Origin: Victivallales bacterium
GTDB lineage: Bacteria; Verrucomicrobiota; Lentisphaeria; Victivallales; UBA1829
Direction of reading: 5' to 3'
DNA: 64,000 nt
Assembly: GCA_045639325.1 (NCBI GenBank)
Contig: JAZUCU010000024.1
Location: forward strand, 4,737 to 68,736
The position numbers were made by a program, and so were the translations under genes. Below are positions 28,715-38,974 of the stretch, piece by piece; position 1 is the first letter of the stretch; each line of letters opens with the position of its first letter. Under the pieces are notes generated by a model. The model searched no databases. It was not told the origin of the DNA and was given only the letters and a program-made list of their open reading frames with translations.

Positions 28715-31065
28715 AGTCTGTTCTCTTTCTACTCCTTCTTTTACAGAGCTTTTATATTGCCGGGGCAGGGGAATTGCTGCGGAACGGGGCATTGACTCCG
28801 GATGCGCAGGGGAATCTGCCCCATTGGAAGCCGCTTGATAAAAAAAGCCGTCTGTTTCTGGAAAACGGATATGTCGGCGGCGGTGCATTTGTACCCGGGA
28901 AAAAGGCGCCGGATTTTTCATTTTATCAGGAAATTTATTTTGAGAAACCGGATAAATCTCCTGTTGTATTTCAGGGGGAAAGTCTTGCGTATAACGCCGG
29001 TTATGGCGGCGACTATTGTATTTTTGCCGATTTACATTTTACAGACGGCACTGCCCGTTACGCCGTAAAAGCGAAATGGCGTCCGGGGACTCATGACTGG
29101 GAACGGGCTGTAATGTGTTATTATCCGGAAAAGCCGGTCCGGAAGATTGAACTTTCGGTTTTGTTGCGGAATACCAGCGGTAAGGCTTTATTCCGTAATA
29201 TCAGTCTCCGTCGTGGCAATCCGGGACCTATGATTTCTTATTATTCCTTTCTTTCCCTTGCGCCGTTCTCCCGGGAACATTACCGGCTGGATCTTGGATT
29301 TTTCGGCATAAAAACTCAATTCAGCGGAAAGTTCCTTGATAAAACAGGAAAGGTCCTTGCTGAATTCAAGGGGAAAGGTAAAATTTACCGGAAAGAATTT
29401 GCTTTTCCAACTCCGCCCCATGCTCTTGAATTGGTGATGACGGATAAAAATATCACAAAGCAGGAAAGAATCCAGTTACAGTCCGGGAATCAAAATACAG
29501 AAAAGAACAATGTATCTGCACCGGTTGTCTGGTGTGCCAATGCAATGGAAAAGGTCTCCCCTTTGACGTTGCCCGGGAAGAAACCGGCGCGTCAGATGCT
29601 TTTGGAACTTGCCGGCAATGAACGGGAAAGTATGCAGATCGTTGTTACCAACGGAAGCAAGCAGGAATTGAAGAATGTAACCTGTACGGTTTCCGGCTTT
29701 TTTAACAAAGATGGTGTCAAATTCTCCGGTAAAATCGACTTGCGGAGAATCGCATATCGTCCGCGGACGATTCCTTATGCGACGCATCCGGAACAATTGC
29801 CGGAATCGGAATACTGGCTGCCGGATCCACTTCTGCCGATGCGTGCTTTTTCTGTGCCGGGCAGGGGAAATGCGGGTATCTGGGTGACGGCATACGCACC
29901 CGCCGGGACGCCCCATGGAATTTATTCGGGAAATATCAAGGTTGCGGCTGAAGGTAAGGTATTAGGAAATATCAAAGTACAGATTCGTGTATTCGGTTTT
30001 GATTTGCCGCAGACATTCACCTATCGTTCTGCATTTTCTGTGATGGATGGATTTCTGGAGCATTATTATCCGGGGCGTTTGCAGGAATTCCGCCGCAAGG
30101 CATGGGATATCATGTTGGATCACCGGTTGAATCCGGATGATATTACGCGTACAGAAATGCCGGAGATTCCGGATTTGCTTTATGCACGGTCGCGCGGGAT
30201 GAACAGTTTCAATATTCTGCATCTGGTGCCGAAGCCGAAGAAGAAAGTGCTTTGGATGCTCTGGGCGAAACTTTCTGATTATAACGAAAAACTGTTTGCG
30301 GAATTTGCGGAGCGTCTTGACGGATACATTGCAGAATTGGAAAAACATGATCTGAAAAAATATGGCTATTTCTATGGTTTCGATGAACGGCGTAAAGATG
30401 CGTTTGATGCATTGAGCCGGACACGGGCATTTGTCAAAAAACGTTGGAATATTCCGCTCATGTCGACCTCTGTCATGTTTCAGGAATTGGTGCGTCATCC
30501 GGAAAAGAAAGAATATCAAACGACAGACTGGTATTGCCCGTTGACCAATTTTTATCATCCGGGGCATGCGGAACGTTTACGCAAAAATGGACATCAGGTG
30601 TGGACTTATACCTGTTGCGGACCGGAATATCCCTATGTCAACTTTGCGAATCTGGAATATCCTTTCCTCAATGGACGGCAGATTGCCTGGCAGGTGTATA
30701 CCCTTGGCGCAGATGGTTTTCTTTACTGGCATGTGAATAACTGGGCAAGAAAAAAGCCCATGTTCATGTATGAGAAAAACAGTTTTCAGCGTTGGTATCA
30801 GCATGATAAATTTGCTATGAATGCTACCGGCGACGGCGAATTGCTTTATCCGGGCATGAATGATATTTATCCCTCAATCCGCCTTGCAAATGTACGTGAC
30901 GGCAGCGAGGATTATGATTATCTGACCATGCTCCGGGCAAAAAATCCGGCATTGGCAGATAAATTGGCAAAAGAAGTCTGCCCGGATAGAAGAAACGGAA
31001 TCCGGGATTATAAGAAACTTTTGGAAGTCCGCCGAAAAATAGCAGAATATCTGGAAAAGAATTGA
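28711..31065 (+). CDS. Secreted DUF4091/GH123-like putative glycoside hydrolase with N-terminal CBM-like domain
   Basis: Signal peptide, NERESMQ, PDPLLP, YGFDE, WTYTCC, GFLYW, GDGELLYPG, SIRLANVRDGSEDYDYL. Confidence 0.75.
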   Translation: MKSVLFLLLLLQSFYIAGAGELLRNGALTPDAQGNLPHWKPLDKKSRLFLENGYVGGGAFVPGKKAPDFSFYQEIYFEKPDKSPVVFQGESLAYNAGYGGDYCIFADLHFTDGTARYAVKAKWRPGTHDWERAVMCYYPEKPVRKIELSVLLRNTSGKALFRNISLRRGNPGPMISYYSFLSLAPFSREHYRLDLGFFGIKTQFSGKFLDKTGKVLAEFKGKGKIYRKEFAFPTPPHALELVMTDKNITKQERIQLQSGNQNTEKNNVSAPVVWCANAMEKVSPLTLPGKKPARQMLLELAGNERESMQIVVTNGSKQELKNVTCTVSGFFNKDGVKFSGKIDLRRIAYRPRTIPYATHPEQLPESEYWLPDPLLPMRAFSVPGRGNAGIWVTAYAPAGTPHGIYSGNIKVAAEGKVLGNIKVQIRVFGFDLPQTFTYRSAFSVMDGFLEHYYPGRLQEFRRKAWDIMLDHRLNPDDITRTEMPEIPDLLYARSRGMNSFNILHLVPKPKKKVLWMLWAKLSDYNEKLFAEFAERLDGYIAELEKHDLKKYGYFYGFDERRKDAFDALSRTRAFVKKRWNIPLMSTSVMFQELVRHPEKKEYQTTDWYCPLTNFYHPGHAERLRKNGHQVWTYTCCGPEYPYVNFANLEYPFLNGRQIAWQVYTLGADGFLYWHVNNWARKKPMFMYEKNSFQRWYQHDKFAMNATGDGELLYPGMNDIYPSIRLANVRDGSEDYDYLTMLRAKNPALADKLAKEVCPDRRNGIRDYKKLLEVRRKIAEYLEKN

Positions 31066-31085
31066 TACGAGAAAGGTTTTATATT

Positions 31086-32711
31086 ATGAAAAAAATGTTG
31101 TTGCTTTTGAGTTTGATTTTGTCACTCAACCTGTTGGCAGAGGATGGTATCCTGCTGCGGTTCGGAGCGATTTCCGACAATCACTTTGACCGGAAACGTC
31201 CGGAGATGGCGGAACGTACCCGCAAGGCATTTGAGCTTTTTAAAAAGAATAAAGTTGATTTCTTTGTCGATTGCGGAGACGTGGTGGATACGTATCAGCC
31301 GGATATGTTCCAGCTGTGGCGGAAGATTTATCTGGAAGTGTTCGCCGATGAAAAGAGCCGTCCCGACTTTCTGATGATTCCGGCGGGGCATGACCGGATC
31401 GGCACCACATGGAAGCAGGGATACAGCGATTTTGTAAAATACACCGGTTCCGGCAGTGTCAATCCGGTGAAACAGGTAAAAGGTTATCACTTTGTTTCCA
31501 TTGCTCAGAAAGAAAATCCGGAAATTCTCAAAAAGAATCTGGCAGTGGCATACGCAGCATCCAATGGAAAACCTGTCTTTGTTATCACCCATTATCCGCC
31601 CAAGAATACCACCCCCGGCAGTTTCGGAACATCGGGAGATCAGCATTACCGTAATATTCTGGAAGCTTACCCGCAAGCCATCAGCATTTCCGGTCATACC
31701 CATGCAAGTTTGTATGATGAACGTTCCATCTGGCAGGGCAGATTTACAGCGGTCAATGCTGGCTCATTGGCATATCATGACGTCGGCGGAACCGCGAATC
31801 TTGCGACCCGGCATCCGTCTTACGAAGCGTCGATCTGGGATGTTTACAAAGATAAAATCGTAATCCGGCGTTTCAATGTGAAAGATGGTTCCGAAGTTGC
31901 CGCCGATTTACGTTGGGTAATCGCACTGCCGCATCGGGCGGATCATACACCTTATTCTCCGGAAAACAGAAAAAAGGCGTTCCCCGTGCCCGGATTCCGT
32001 AAAGATGATAAAGGCGTCTACATTGGTAAAAAACATACCTGGAACCGTTGGGGGACGTTGCAATTCCCCGCACCGGAACATGTCAATGCGGCAAGCCGGT
32101 ACCGTCTTGTATTGGAAAAATGCGGCGCGGATGGGAAATTTGCGCATTACGGAATTGTAGATTTCTTCAGTCCTGCGGTTGCGGGCAAGCCGGTACAGTT
32201 CGGTTTTGCGACCGGATATTTGAGTGTGGGCAAATACCGTTATACGCTGACTCCCTTCAATTGTTTCGGTGTTTCCGGCAAGACCCTGCATGGTGAATTT
32301 GCTGTTAAAAAGGTTCCGTGGAAAGAAGTAAAGACCACGCAGACCGGATTGTCCGTTTTCAAAGGGCGAACAAGCAAGGAGAAAATTGCCGCAGATGCCA
32401 ATGGTTTTTATGATGTCAAAGGTGATTTCCGTTTGGTCATTCCGGAAGATGTGATTGCCCAGACCGTAATGAAAAAGAAAAAACTGCTTGTAGCGTTGAA
32501 AGTGGAATGTATCGGCAGCGGCTCCTCATCCGCATTGCGTAATCTTGACGGTAAGGGCTCAATTGCCACATTGTCAACCGTTTGTTATCGGGCAACGGCA
32601 CAGGCGCAGCAGTATTCCTTTGTATTCACCAGGACCCATCGGGCTTTGCTGATTCGCGGCGGAGCACCGGGCAAATACCGTTTCAGCGACATCAAATATT
32701 ACCTTTATTAA
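31086..32711 (+). CDS. Secreted metallophosphoesterase (calcineurin-like)
   Basis: Signal peptide; ISDNH, CGDVVD, AGHD, ITH, SGHTH. Confidence 0.8.
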   Translation: MKKMLLLLSLILSLNLLAEDGILLRFGAISDNHFDRKRPEMAERTRKAFELFKKNKVDFFVDCGDVVDTYQPDMFQLWRKIYLEVFADEKSRPDFLMIPAGHDRIGTTWKQGYSDFVKYTGSGSVNPVKQVKGYHFVSIAQKENPEILKKNLAVAYAASNGKPVFVITHYPPKNTTPGSFGTSGDQHYRNILEAYPQAISISGHTHASLYDERSIWQGRFTAVNAGSLAYHDVGGTANLATRHPSYEASIWDVYKDKIVIRRFNVKDGSEVAADLRWVIALPHRADHTPYSPENRKKAFPVPGFRKDDKGVYIGKKHTWNRWGTLQFPAPEHVNAASRYRLVLEKCGADGKFAHYGIVDFFSPAVAGKPVQFGFATGYLSVGKYRYTLTPFNCFGVSGKTLHGEFAVKKVPWKEVKTTQTGLSVFKGRTSKEKIAADANGFYDVKGDFRLVIPEDVIAQTVMKKKKLLVALKVECIGSGSSSALRNLDGKGSIATLSTVCYRATAQAQQYSFVFTRTHRALLIRGGAPGKYRFSDIKYYLY

Positions 32712-32808
32712 CCTTTTATCGTTTAAAAGGTGTATGAAATTTTTTGAAAAAAATAATAATTCGGACTTGCAAACTATTTTGTTTTGGTGTATATTATATG
32801 GATAATGA

Positions 32809-32824
32809 TGTACACATGTAAACA
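32809..32824. promoter_or_regulatory. Candidate MarR operator
   Basis: TGTACACATGTAAACA (12 of 16 palindromic) between a TTGCAA/TATATT promoter and the marR start. Confidence 0.35.
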
Positions 32825-32841
32825 AACTGTATCAGGTGATA

Positions 32842-33321
32842 ATGATGGAAAAGACTCAATCTGTAGAAACGAAGTTCTGGCAGGATTTGATCCAGGTATC
32901 CGATATGATGCGTATTCATACGACCCCGGCTGAATTGGCAAAATGGGGTGATGTGACGATTCGTCAGATCAAAATTATGAAGACCGTATGGACATTGCAG
33001 AATGAGAATCCCGACGGAATTACACTGAAACGCTTGGCGCAGGATTTGAATCTTTCCTCTGCCACGATGTCGGAATCGGTTGAAACCCTTGTCCGGAAGA
33101 ATATGCTGCAGCGTCAGCAGAATCCCCAGGACCGCCGTGAAGTGTTGATTACATTATCCCAATACAGCGAAAGTCTTTTCAACGAAGCGGTTCGCCAGAT
33201 GGATGCTCTTTCCGCACGCATTCTGGCGGATCTGACGGAACAGGAAAAGGTGTTTTTTATTGAAACGATGAGTAAAATTTTTGATAAGTTAAAAACGACT
33301 GGAAAGGAATCAGTACAATGA
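32842..33321 (+). CDS. MarR family transcriptional regulator
   Basis: wHTH LAQDLNLSSATMSESVETLV, DRREVLITLS. Confidence 0.9.
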   Translation: MMEKTQSVETKFWQDLIQVSDMMRIHTTPAELAKWGDVTIRQIKIMKTVWTLQNENPDGITLKRLAQDLNLSSATMSESVETLVRKNMLQRQQNPQDRREVLITLSQYSESLFNEAVRQMDALSARILADLTEQEKVFFIETMSKIFDKLKTTGKESVQ

Positions 33322-34406
33322 CATCAAAATCAAAATTTATCGCCTTGATCGGCACAGTCGGTATGCTTTTGACCGGCAGTGTATTGTCCGCCCAGGGAAC
33401 ACCGGTTGTTCCCGTTGAAGAAGTGAAAGCGGTCAACAGTAAAGGCACAAAACAGTATATCGGGAAAATGGCATCTATTCATACTGTGACTCTGCGTTTG
33501 CGCGTATCCGGTGTATTGGAAAAGCTGTATTGCAAGGAAGGGGATCTGGTCAAACAGGGTGATCTTCTGATGCAGATCGAAGATACTTTGTACAAGGCAC
33601 AGCTCGATGCTGCAACAGCCAAAGTCAAACAGTGGGAAGCGGAAGTGGAACATGCAAAAACAAACTACAACCGTCAGACCGAACTGTTCGGCGTTGTTGC
33701 CAAGAGTGAAATGGATGATGCCCGCCGTGCATTGAAACTGGCAGAAGCTCAGCTGCTCCAGGCGAATGCTGCTTTGACTGAAGCGAAAACTAATTATTCT
33801 TATACCAAAATTTATTCCCCCATTACCGGGATCATCGGTAAAACAACTTATTCCCCCGGTAACTACCTGACTCCCTCCAGCGAGGCACTTGGTACGATCG
33901 TCAAACATTCCCCCATTTACCTGAAGATGGCGATCAGCGAACCGGACTTCATCAACATGTTCGGTACCCGCGAAAATCTGAAAAAGAATGCTGTGATCCG
34001 TATCCGTACCGCAGACCGCAAAATGTTCGGTGAAACCGGTTATGTCAAACTGGCAGACAACCAGATCGATACCTCCACCGGTACTTTGATGCTCTGGTGT
34101 GTGTTCGAAAATAAGAACGGCCGTTTGCTGCCCGGAAGTATCGTGGATGCATTTATCAGCCCCAAAGTGGCACAGAAATTCCCCGCAGTTCCGTCATCCG
34201 CCATCATGGTCAGCCGCAATGGTCATGGCGTTTATGTCCTTGGTAAAGATAACAAAGTGCAGTTCCGCCCTGTTGTGACCGGTGAAAATGTGGATGGTAT
34301 GCAGCTGATCCGCAGCGGTTTGAAAGTCGGGGAACGGATTATTGCCGACGGTACTCATAAAGTCCGTCCCGGTATGACTGTTTCTCCTGCACCGGTGAAA
34401 AAATAA
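33318..34406 (+). CDS. RND efflux periplasmic adaptor subunit
   Basis: RVSG, EGDLVKQGDLL, IYSPITG, DNQIDTSTGT, GLKVGERII. Confidence 0.93.
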   Translation: MTSKSKFIALIGTVGMLLTGSVLSAQGTPVVPVEEVKAVNSKGTKQYIGKMASIHTVTLRLRVSGVLEKLYCKEGDLVKQGDLLMQIEDTLYKAQLDAATAKVKQWEAEVEHAKTNYNRQTELFGVVAKSEMDDARRALKLAEAQLLQANAALTEAKTNYSYTKIYSPITGIIGKTTYSPGNYLTPSSEALGTIVKHSPIYLKMAISEPDFINMFGTRENLKKNAVIRIRTADRKMFGETGYVKLADNQIDTSTGTLMLWCVFENKNGRLLPGSIVDAFISPKVAQKFPAVPSSAIMVSRNGHGVYVLGKDNKVQFRPVVTGENVDGMQLIRSGLKVGERIIADGTHKVRPGMTVSPAPVKK

Positions 34407-34425
34407 TCATCGGGAGTAAAGATCT

Positions 34426-37400
34426 ATGTTTTCAAAAATATTTATTGAACGCCCGAAGCTGGCGATGGTTATTTCCATCTTCCTGTCTTTTGCGGGTTTG
34501 CTTTGTATCCGTTATATTCCGATCGCTGAATATCCGGAAATCGCTCCTCCGACGATCATGGTGATCGCCAACTACCCGGGTGCCAGTGCCGGTGAAATTC
34601 AGGATACCCTCGCCGCTCCGATCGAATCTGAAGTCAACGGGGTGGAAGACCTGCTGTATTTCAACTCGCAATGTAACAACGACGGTTCGTTGATGTTGAC
34701 TTTGACTTTTGCATCCGGTACGGATGACGATATCGCCATGGTCAACGTGCAGAATGCGGTACGTCGTGCGGAACCGAAATTACCTGCGGAAGCGACAGCG
34801 ATCGGGATCAAGATCCTGAAACGTTCTTCCGATATCCTCAGTGTGTATGCGTTCAAAGTGGATAACACAAAATCCAAAATGTCGACTGTTGACCTGGGGA
34901 ATTATCTGCGTATGAATATCCGCGATGAACTGGCACGTATCAACGGGATCAGTCAGGCGGAAATCATGGGGGCATCCGACTACTCCATGCGTATCTGGCT
35001 GGATCCTATGAAAATGGCATCCCTCGGTGTCACGCCGGATATTGTTGCACAAGCTCTGCGTCAGCAGAACGTGCAGGCTGCTGCCGGGTCCGTCGGGTCG
35101 GAAAACAGTAACGATAGCGTGCAGTTGAAAGTCAATGCGCTCGGACGTCTCAAAACCGTACAGGAATTTGAAAATGTCATTATCCGTACTACTGCGGAAG
35201 GACGTGTTGTTAAATTGCGTGACGTTGCTACTGTTCAGCTTGGTTCCGAAGAGTATGCCTGGGACTCCAAAGACAATGGCGAACCGGTCGTGGCTCTTTC
35301 TCTGTACCGTCAGTCCGATGCGAACGCCATCGGCGTGGTGGATGCCGCCAATGCAAAATTGAAAGAATTGTCCAAGTTCTTCCCGGAAGGGGTCTATTAT
35401 GAAATGGTATACGACCCGACGGATTACATTCGTACCAGTATGAAAGAAGTGGCGGAAACGTTGCTTCTGACTCTGATTCTGGTGGTTGCCATTACTTATC
35501 TGTTCCTCCAGAACTGGCGTGCAACATTGATCCCGACTCTGGCGATTCCGGTCTCTCTGCTTGCAACCTTTATCTTCCTGTATCCCCTTGGATTCAGTAT
35601 GAACCTGTTGACCATGTTCGGTTTGATCCTGGTGATCGGGTCTCTGGTGGACGATGCGATCGTTGTGGTGGAAAATACATTGCGAATCATTGACGATGAA
35701 GGATTGTCGCCGAAAGAAGCGGCACTCAAATCCATGAATCAGATCACGGGTGCGATTATCGCTACGACACTTGTGACCATTGCGGTTTACGTGCCGATTG
35801 CCTTCTATGGCGGTATGGTGGGTACGATTTATATTCAGTTCGCGGTGACAATGTGTATTTCACTTTCTTTCTCCACATTCAATGCCATGACACTGAGTCC
35901 GGCGTTGTGTGCTCTGTTGCTGCGCCCGACCCGCAAGCCGAAAATCGACGTGTTTGCTCCGTTCAACTGGGCATTGGATGGTTCCAGAAAGATTTATCTT
36001 ACCTGTACCTCATTCCTGATCAAATGCTGGCCGATCACGATTGTGTTGTTTGCCGGTATCTGTTATGCAAATTATCATTTCTTCTCCAACCTCAACTCAT
36101 CCTTCCTGCCTGATGAAGACAAAGGTGCATTGATGGTCGGTTTGGAACTTCCTCCCGGTGCTACACTTGCCCGTACCCGTCAGGCGACCAATGAATTTTA
36201 CGAAGCGGTCAAAAATGTCCCCGGCGTAAAAAATGTATTGTGCGTGAACGGTTTCAGCTTTATCGGCGGTAAGGGGGAAAATATGGGGTTGGCGATCGTC
36301 GGTCTGAAAGACTGGGCAGATCGTACTACGCCGGATACGACGATCACAGCAATTCGTGACGAAGTTGTCAAGCGGACTGCACACATCGGTTCCGCCCGTA
36401 TCATCGTCATGCAGCCGCCTGCCATCATGGGCTTGGGGAACAGTAATGACGTGACATTCATGTTGCAGGACCGTGAAGGCAGATCTCCGGAAGATCTGGA
36501 AAAAGCAACCTTTATGCTGATGGGATTGCTGAATGATAAAAAACTGTGTCCGGACATCAAAACAGCTTATTCTTCTTACAATGCCAGTACGCCGCAGTTG
36601 TATTTGGATATTGACCGTCAGAAAGCTGAATTGATGGGGATCCCGGTCAGCCGTGTATTCTCTACACTTCAGTCTCAGTTGGCATCTCTCTATGTGAACG
36701 ACTTCAACTTGAACGGATATTCTTTCAAGGTGAAAATGCAGTCTGACGTGTTGGATCGCGGCGGTATTTCCGACATCGAAAATGTCAGTGTGCAGAATAA
36801 TGAAGGTAAAATGGTTCCAGTTTCCTCCTTTGCTACACTCCGTTATGTGGTCGGCCCCCGTGTGATCGAACGTTTCGACCAGCGCATTTCTGCAAAATTC
36901 ATGGTTGGCGGTATGCCCGGTGTCAGTTCCGGAGAAGTCATGAACCGTATCCAGCAGGTTGTCGACAAAAACCTGAAAGGTTACCAGGTCTGCTGGGTCG
37001 ACTTGAGTTATCAGGAACGGGGCAACGAAGGTAAAATCGTTATGCTGATGGGCCTTGCGTTGATCTTTGCTTATCTGTTCCTTGTCGGTCAGTACGAAAG
37101 CTGGACCATGCCGATTTCCGTTATCCTCTCTGTTTCTCTTGCGACATTGGGGGCATTGCTCGGCTTGTATTATTGTGGTATGTCTCTCTCCATCTATGCA
37201 CAGCTTGGTTTGGTTATGCTGGTCGGGCTTGCGGGGAAAAACGCTATCCTTATGGCGGAATTCTCCAAACAGGCCCGTGAAGAAGGTCAGTCCATTTACG
37301 ATGCGGCACAGAATGGCGGTCGTGTCCGTTACCGTGCGGTGTTGATGACTGCTTACTCCTTCATCATCGGTGTGTTCCCCATGGTGATTGCAACCGGGGC

Positions 37401-37557
37401 AGGGGCGGGATCCCGTCAGGCGATCGGTATTACCACGTTCTCCGGGATGGTGCTTGCCACATTGGTTGGTATTATCTTTGTTCCGCCGCTGTACGCCATA
37501 TTCCAGCGTATGCGTGAACTTGTCAACCCGATGAAGTTTGATAAAAAGAACGATTGA
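34426..37557 (+). CDS. RND efflux permease (HAE1, AcrB/MexB-like)
   Basis: 1043 aa; FIERP, YPEIAPP, LVDDAIVVVEN, KNAIL, RYRAVLMT. Confidence 0.96.
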   Translation: MFSKIFIERPKLAMVISIFLSFAGLLCIRYIPIAEYPEIAPPTIMVIANYPGASAGEIQDTLAAPIESEVNGVEDLLYFNSQCNNDGSLMLTLTFASGTDDDIAMVNVQNAVRRAEPKLPAEATAIGIKILKRSSDILSVYAFKVDNTKSKMSTVDLGNYLRMNIRDELARINGISQAEIMGASDYSMRIWLDPMKMASLGVTPDIVAQALRQQNVQAAAGSVGSENSNDSVQLKVNALGRLKTVQEFENVIIRTTAEGRVVKLRDVATVQLGSEEYAWDSKDNGEPVVALSLYRQSDANAIGVVDAANAKLKELSKFFPEGVYYEMVYDPTDYIRTSMKEVAETLLLTLILVVAITYLFLQNWRATLIPTLAIPVSLLATFIFLYPLGFSMNLLTMFGLILVIGSLVDDAIVVVENTLRIIDDEGLSPKEAALKSMNQITGAIIATTLVTIAVYVPIAFYGGMVGTIYIQFAVTMCISLSFSTFNAMTLSPALCALLLRPTRKPKIDVFAPFNWALDGSRKIYLTCTSFLIKCWPITIVLFAGICYANYHFFSNLNSSFLPDEDKGALMVGLELPPGATLARTRQATNEFYEAVKNVPGVKNVLCVNGFSFIGGKGENMGLAIVGLKDWADRTTPDTTITAIRDEVVKRTAHIGSARIIVMQPPAIMGLGNSNDVTFMLQDREGRSPEDLEKATFMLMGLLNDKKLCPDIKTAYSSYNASTPQLYLDIDRQKAELMGIPVSRVFSTLQSQLASLYVNDFNLNGYSFKVKMQSDVLDRGGISDIENVSVQNNEGKMVPVSSFATLRYVVGPRVIERFDQRISAKFMVGGMPGVSSGEVMNRIQQVVDKNLKGYQVCWVDLSYQERGNEGKIVMLMGLALIFAYLFLVGQYESWTMPISVILSVSLATLGALLGLYYCGMSLSIYAQLGLVMLVGLAGKNAILMAEFSKQAREEGQSIYDAAQNGGRVRYRAVLMTAYSFIIGVFPMVIATGAGAGSRQAIGITTFSGMVLATLVGIIFVPPLYAIFQRMRELVNPMKFDKKND

Positions 37558-37575
37558 ATCAGAAATTGATCCATC

Positions 37576-37608
37576 CGGGATACATGTTTCAGCATGTATC
37601 CCGTTTTT
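37576..37608 (+). terminator. Intrinsic terminator of the RND operon
   Basis: Perfect 11-bp stem CGGGATACATG/CATGTATCCCG followed by TTTTT. Confidence 0.85.
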
Positions 37609-37616
37609 CCTTAATC

Positions 37617-38099
37617 ATGCGTGATTTTCAAAAAGAAGCCCTTGAACTGGCTGAAATTATCCTTGACGGTGGCAAGCCGTTGACTCGTTACCGTTTTTTG
37701 ACCAGTTCATTCAAGCGGACGTTTTTGCATTATACAAAGAAAACGCCCGGACATTGGACGGATCCTGCCGGAACATGGTGTGGTTATCCGGATTTGCCCC
37801 GTGTCGGGAGCTGTGTATGTCTGGCTTTTATGGCTGGGCATGTTTGTGGATTACCGTGTGAGGAAACAGATGAACTTGTGATGATGTATCATCAGTTTGC
37901 CGGGGCAATGTCGCCCTCTTTTGTGCCGGAAGATGTTTATTATGCCTGGCTTGCTGCAGAAACGGCACGCTGTATTTATCCTGCGGAATATCATTATGCG
38001 CTTCTTGCGGAAAACTGGAAAAAAGGCGCATTATCCTATCCCGCCCCCTCTCTGCGTTGGGCGGCAATTGTGGAAAAAGTGATCAAGCACAATGGTTGA
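37617..38099 (+). CDS. Hypothetical protein
   Basis: Fills the gap to the convergent AraC; start moved downstream of the terminator; no family recognised. Confidence 0.5.
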   Translation: MRDFQKEALELAEIILDGGKPLTRYRFLTSSFKRTFLHYTKKTPGHWTDPAGTWCGYPDLPRVGSCVCLAFMAGHVCGLPCEETDELVMMYHQFAGAMSPSFVPEDVYYAWLAAETARCIYPAEYHYALLAENWKKGALSYPAPSLRWAAIVEKVIKHNG

Positions 38100-38103
38100 T
38101 TGA

Positions 38104-38883
38104 TCAACTCTTGCGATAGGCTCCCGGCGGCATGCCGTAAAGCTGTTTGAAACGGCGTGAAAAATGGAAACGGTCTTTTACGCCGATCATTTCACAAACC
38201 TTTTCGATATCATATTCTCCGTTTTTCAGAAGATACGCCGCCATGGTGTAGCGGACGCTCAACAGATACTGGTAGGGTGTAACTTTTGTAATTTCCTGAA
38301 AACGAGCCAGAAATGCATTAACAGACATCCCGGCTTCCTGCGCCATAGATTCCAATGTGAAATCATCTCCCGGATTGTTGCTGATGTGATTCCGCACCCG
38401 TGTGATACGGTCATCGGTTTCTGATTCGCAAAGCAGTTCCGGATCCACCTGTTCCAGAACTTCCGCTGCAAGTTGGAATGCTTTCAACGTGATACGCCAT
38501 TGTGGAACTTGGGTGTCCAACATATTCTGCAACGATTCAAATTTTTCTTTGATGCTGTCCGTCATCGGCAGTTCATGATATAAAATATCGCTGCGCCCGG
38601 TGAGCCGGTCCATTTCAAAATGAATATAGAGTTGACGGGGATTTTTTTCGACCCAGGTTTTCAATTCGCAATTGGGCACCAGCAGATAAATTTTATCCGG
38701 TTGCATTTCGATCTTTTTTCCACCGGAATAAATGCCGGCACCATCGGTATCATTATGATAGAGCCGCCAGCAATAGCCGGAAAGAGTATTCTGCTGCCAT
38801 TCGGAAAGAAGTTCAGCGGAATGGACCAGCTGAATCTTCATGGTAGGGTACTGCTGAATAATGCCTTCATAAATTTTTGTCAT
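38104..38883 (-). CDS. AraC family transcriptional regulator
   Basis: MAQEAGMS...F, IGVKDRFHFSRRFKQLYGMPPGAYR; start at MTKIY after GAGG. Confidence 0.9.
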   Translation of the reverse strand: MTKIYEGIIQQYPTMKIQLVHSAELLSEWQQNTLSGYCWRLYHNDTDGAGIYSGGKKIEMQPDKIYLLVPNCELKTWVEKNPRQLYIHFEMDRLTGRSDILYHELPMTDSIKEKFESLQNMLDTQVPQWRITLKAFQLAAEVLEQVDPELLCESETDDRITRVRNHISNNPGDDFTLESMAQEAGMSVNAFLARFQEITKVTPYQYLLSVRYTMAAYLLKNGEYDIEKVCEMIGVKDRFHFSRRFKQLYGMPPGAYRKS

Positions 38884-38974
38884 AAAAATATCCTCGTTTT
38901 TGAGCTGGAATACTATATCACAAAAATGAGAATTTGCAAATTTATTCAGCAGATATCCCGGAAATATTATATTC

